Source: an uncultured bacterium
GTDB lineage: Bacteria; Desulfobacterota_D; UBA1144; Nemesobacterales; UBA2774
Direction: 5' to 3'
DNA: 64,000 bases
NCBI GenBank assembly: GCA_963705505.1
Contig: CAVPJU010000006.1
Coordinates: forward strand, 64,001 to 128,000
A program made the translations under genes and the position numbers. The first letter of the stretch is position 1, and each line of letters opens with the position of its first letter. The notes beneath the pieces are model-generated. The model was not told where the DNA came from. It did no database searches and was given only the letters and a program-made list of their open reading frames with translations. Shown piece by piece: positions 60,479 through 64,000 of this stretch.

Positions 60479-61949
60479 CTAAGACGAGCAGCTTATGATG
60501 AGTTTCCGCGCCCAGGCGGGAGCGGGCTCGGCGTAGTTATCGAACTCCGGCTGTTCGGCGAAAGGATTCCTGAGCAGAGTGTGAACGCGCTCTATTTCCG
60601 AGTAATCATTCTCATCAACTGCTTTCCTAATCGCCTGCTCGGCGATGTAATTTCTCAGAATGTATTTCGGATTAACCGAATCCATCTCTTTCTTTCGCTC
60701 CCGGTCAGTGCTTTCCTCGATTCTCAAACGCTCGGCATATAAAACCGACCACCCGTCAAACAGAGATCCGTCATTAAACACTGATGCAATGCGGTTATTA
60801 GAGTCCGGATTGTCTTTCGAGAAATCGCTCAAACGCCTGAAGAAATTCGTATAGTCTGCTCTCCCGTCTTTTAAGATCTCAAGGAGTCTCCCGACAATGT
60901 CACCGTCTCCGGCGGCGGATCTCCTTAAAACCCAGCTTCTTCCGCATAATTTGAAGATAGCTGTCTTTGTAACACTCCTTATACCCCGAAAGGATTTCCT
61001 CAGATTTGTCCGAAGCAACAAGCGGGCTCAAAGACTGGGCGAGCTTGCGGAGGTTCCAGAGCGCTATGGGAGGCTGATTGGAATATGAATACCTCCCGAA
61101 ATGGTCGGAGTGGTTCGGGACGTAATCGGGCTCATACTCCTCCATAAAGCCGAAGGGGCCATAATCGATCGTAAGCCCCAATATGGACATATTATCCGTA
61201 TTCATTACCCCGTGTGTAAATCCGGAGGCCTGCCAGAGAGCCATGAGCTTTGCCGTCCTCTCCGTAACGTCCTTGAGAAAAGCGGCGTATTTATCGTCTC
61301 CCTCTATAAGATGAGGGAAATGGTTTTCTATGACATAGTCGGCAAGGAGCCTCACATGATCGTTGCGGCCCGTGTAATAAAAAGCCTCGAAGGAGCCGAA
61401 GCGCACATGGGTTTCCGCGATCCTCAGCATCATTGCGCCTCTCTCGGAGGTTTCGCGCTCCACTCTTTCATCGCTCCCGACGATTGTGAGGGCTCGGGTC
61501 GTGGGTATCCCGAGTCCGTGCATAGCTTCGCTGCAAAGATACTCCCTGACCGCCGACCTCAGCACAGATCTCCCGTCAAAGACGCGCGCGTATCTCGTTC
61601 TGCCCGCACCCTTTAAATGGAGGTCCCGCTTCTCCCCCGCCGAGTTCCTCACCTCGCCAAGGAGAATCGCCCGTCCGTCCCCGATATCGGGATTGTAAAC
61701 GCCGAACTGATGACCCGTGTAATACATGGCGATAGGCTCCGAGCCCGGGAGCAGCTTCTTACCCGAGAAGTAATCGAGAAATTCCGGCTTATTAGCCTCC
61801 TCGGGGTCAAGGCCGATCAGTGCCGCGGCATCGGGGTTGAAGCTCACGAGGCGGGGATTCCCGAACGGGGTCGGATTCACCCGCTCGTAGAAATCTTCGG
61901 GCAGCCTTGTGTAAGTGTTGTCGAAGCTAAGCTCGTCTAATTTCCGCAT
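60479..61949 (-). pseudogene. selO: Protein adenylyltransferase SelO (YdiU), frameshifted (probably a sequencing error)
   Basis: YTGHQFG, GDGRA, HGVMNTDN, DYGPF. One extra base near 60920 separates the C-terminal part (DYTNFFR, NPKYILRNY, SCSS). Confidence 0.9.
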
Positions 61950-62074
61950 TGAGTTAAGATAAAAGAAAAATAAATTTATTTTAGGGAGTTAGTATCCTTC
62001 CGGCGATCATTGTATATTTAATCCCGGCATCCGCAGAGCTTCACGTTAACATCAGGGACTGTATATAAGATTAT

Positions 62075-62362
62075 ATGAAACACAGAAAGAACAAAATAAA
62101 ACGACAGCACAGTATAATCAAAGGGCTCGGGAGCTATCTCGAAACCTATATTTCCCCGCTCGAGTTTGTAGAGTCTATTATCCCCGGAGAGATAAAGGTC
62201 GGGAAAAAACCCGGAGAAAACCTGGTCGTCCGTTACAAGTACAGCACCGTAAGCGGAGCCAAGCTCATTGCGCGGAGCGGAACATCGGTACAGGAGGTCT
62301 TTGTGGTGACGAGCGACCCGGAGGGACTAAAAGGAATTATTGAAAGCTCACAAGCCGCCTGA
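62075..62362 (+). CDS. DUF2103-like protein
   Basis: HSIIKGL, IIPGEI, SGAKLIARSGTSVQEVFVVT. Confidence 0.75.
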   Translation: MKHRKNKIKRQHSIIKGLGSYLETYISPLEFVESIIPGEIKVGKKPGENLVVRYKYSTVSGAKLIARSGTSVQEVFVVTSDPEGLKGIIESSQAA

Positions 62363-62365
62363 GCG

Positions 62366-64000
62366 TCAAACCAGCCTCAGACAATTTTTGCCCAGAAGCC
62401 TTTCTACATCGTGAATAAAGCCGTCCCTGACATCGACCCGTGCATCGCCGACCTCGATTACCGCCTCTCCGTCATCGGTAGCCAGGTGTATGTGGACCAG
62501 TGAATCACCCGGGTAATTAGAAAAGATATCTCTCAGATGAAGGAAGCTGTCCCTTCCGGAGTTCTCTCCGCCGAGGCTTATGTGCACTGTCGAGCCGTTT
62601 CTTAACGCCTTTAACGGCAGAATTTCCGTAGCTCTCATCTTGACCCTTTCCTCGCTCGGCTCCAATATCCCCTTAACTATGACAGGCTCTACTTTATCCT
62701 CGAGGAGCGGCAGCGACTTTCTCAGAAGGTCGTTGAAAATCACGACCTCGACCGAGCCCTTTAAATCCTCAAGCACCATATTGCCGAATATGCCCGAGCC
62801 GTTCTTCGTGTGCTTAACGGTGAGCGAGCGCACTACTCCGGCTACCGAGACTTCGCGCCTCTCTTTTAATTCGGCAAGCGTCTCCGTATCCGTATTCTCG
62901 ACCGATCTCGTAATTTCGGATGCATACTTCGACATAGGGTGACTCGTAACGTAGAAACCCAGCACCTCCATCTCATACGTCAGCAGCTCTTTTTCGTCCC
63001 ATTCCTGAGCTTGAGAGAGCTGAGGCAGGGAAACAGAATCGTTCAGCGCAAAAAGGGAGTGCTGCCCTTCGACGGAGCTCTTCTGCTTCAGGGAGGTGTA
63101 GTTGAGCAGGGTGTCGAGAGATTCGATAAGGCTCGCCCTCCCGATAGAGATGGAATCAAAGGCCCCGCTCTTGATGAGGCTCTCGAATGTCCTTCTGTTG
63201 AGTTTTCGCGCTTCGACGAGCTCACAGAAATTATAGATCGAATCGAACGTCCCTTTCTCCCGCCTGGCTTTTATTATCGCTTCGACCGTGCCCTCCCCCA
63301 CGTTCTTTATCGCCGAAAGGCCGAACCTGATGCTGCCGTTGTATGCGGTAAAACCGGCGAGGCTAACGTTTACATCGGGGGCGAGTACGGGAATCCCCAT
63401 CTGCTTGCATTCCGTGATGCTCGATATGACTTTATCAGTATTGCTTGATTCCACGGACATGAGCGCCGCCATGAATTCGGCCGGGTAGTGAGTTTTAAGA
63501 TACGCGGTCTGGTACGTGATCAGCGCATACGCGGCGCTGTGGCTTTTGTTGAAAGAGTACTCCGCAAATTTCTCCATCGCGTCGAATATCTCTTTGGCCT
63601 TTTTATCCTTTATACCTTTTCGTTTCGCCCCTTCGAGGAACCTTTCCCTCTGCGCCTTCATCTCTTCGGGCTTCTTCTTGCCCATTGCGCGCCTTAGGAG
63701 GTCGGCCTCGCCGAGACTGTACTCGGCGACGACGCTCGCCGTACTCATTATCTGCTCCTGATAGACGAAGAGCCCGTAAGTATCGCGGAGTATTTCCTCG
63801 AGCTCGGGGAGGGGGTACTGAGTCTTTTTCCTCCCGTGCTTGCGGTCTATGTATTCGTCCACCATACCGCTGTCGAGCGGCCCAGGCCGGTAGAGAGCCA
63901 GCACAGCGATTATGTCCTCGAATCCCGAAGGCTCGAGGTTGATCATGAGCTCTTTCATTCCGGAGGACTCTATCTGGAAGATACCGCGCGTCCTGCCGCT
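62366..64000 (-). CDS. dnaE: DNA polymerase III alpha subunit, 3' part
   Basis: ALYRPGP, VYQEQ, LRRAMGKK, FNKSH, GLSAIKNVG, OB fold; the frame is open to the window edge. Confidence 0.97.
   Translation of the reverse strand, partial: SGRTRGIFQIESSGMKELMINLEPSGFEDIIAVLALYRPGPLDSGMVDEYIDRKHGRKKTQYPLPELEEILRDTYGLFVYQEQIMSTASVVAEYSLGEADLLRRAMGKKKPEEMKAQRERFLEGAKRKGIKDKKAKEIFDAMEKFAEYSFNKSHSAAYALITYQTAYLKTHYPAEFMAALMSVESSNTDKVISSITECKQMGIPVLAPDVNVSLAGFTAYNGSIRFGLSAIKNVGEGTVEAIIKARREKGTFDSIYNFCELVEARKLNRRTFESLIKSGAFDSISIGRASLIESLDTLLNYTSLKQKSSVEGQHSLFALNDSVSLPQLSQAQEWDEKELLTYEMEVLGFYVTSHPMSKYASEITRSVENTDTETLAELKERREVSVAGVVRSLTVKHTKNGSGIFGNMVLEDLKGSVEVVIFNDLLRKSLPLLEDKVEPVIVKGILEPSEERVKMRATEILPLKALRNGSTVHISLGGENSGRDSFLHLRDIFSNYPGDSLVHIHLATDDGEAVIEVGDARVDVRDGFIHDVERLLGKNCLRLV

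Noticed and set aside
60479..60495. Selenocysteine recoding in selO
   Set aside because: The C-terminus reads SCSS then TAG, with no in-frame TGA at that position.

Overview
Bacterial chromosomal window of moderate GC, made up mostly of housekeeping and metabolic genes. I found no CRISPR array, rRNA, transposase, integrase or prophage. The style is deltaproteobacteria-like and possibly Ca. Dadabacteria, but that is only an impression and was not tested. Gene order: ruvX (partial); a lysozyme-like lipoprotein; arfB; amtB behind a sigma54 promoter; yhdH; a c-di-GMP-I riboswitch in front of a secreted PQQ/GSDH-type propeller protein; thiC; tsaD; an ABC half-exporter; a plant-type galacturonokinase-like kinase coupled to a nucleotidyltransferase; a Cys-rich MarR and an extra sigma70 sharing palindromic operators; ispH; an NCS2 permease; aguB-aguA-DHS-like polyamine genes; a complete pentose-phosphate cluster with a tal-pgi fusion and ppgK; folM-like/folB/folK; Ub-Mut7C; an FAD monooxygenase; a sigma54 promoter ahead of an unannotated 44-aa ORF; suhB; a pspC-like gene; an FlK-like thioesterase beside a haloacid dehalogenase; a second ABC half-exporter; a heme-less cytochrome P460-like lipoprotein; TetR plus an aminotransferase; tRNA-Val, thrS, infC (AUA start), rpmI, rplT; a GT10 fucosyltransferase; tRNA-Gln; pcrA; selO; dnaE (partial). 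Four genes (amtB, folM-like, folK, selO) have single-base frameshifts that look like long-read errors. Best leads: the riboswitch-controlled secreted propeller, the GalAK-NTase pair, the MarR-sigma cascade, the sigma54 small ORF and the FlK-dehalogenase pair. All family assignments come from motifs recalled from memory; no database search was run.
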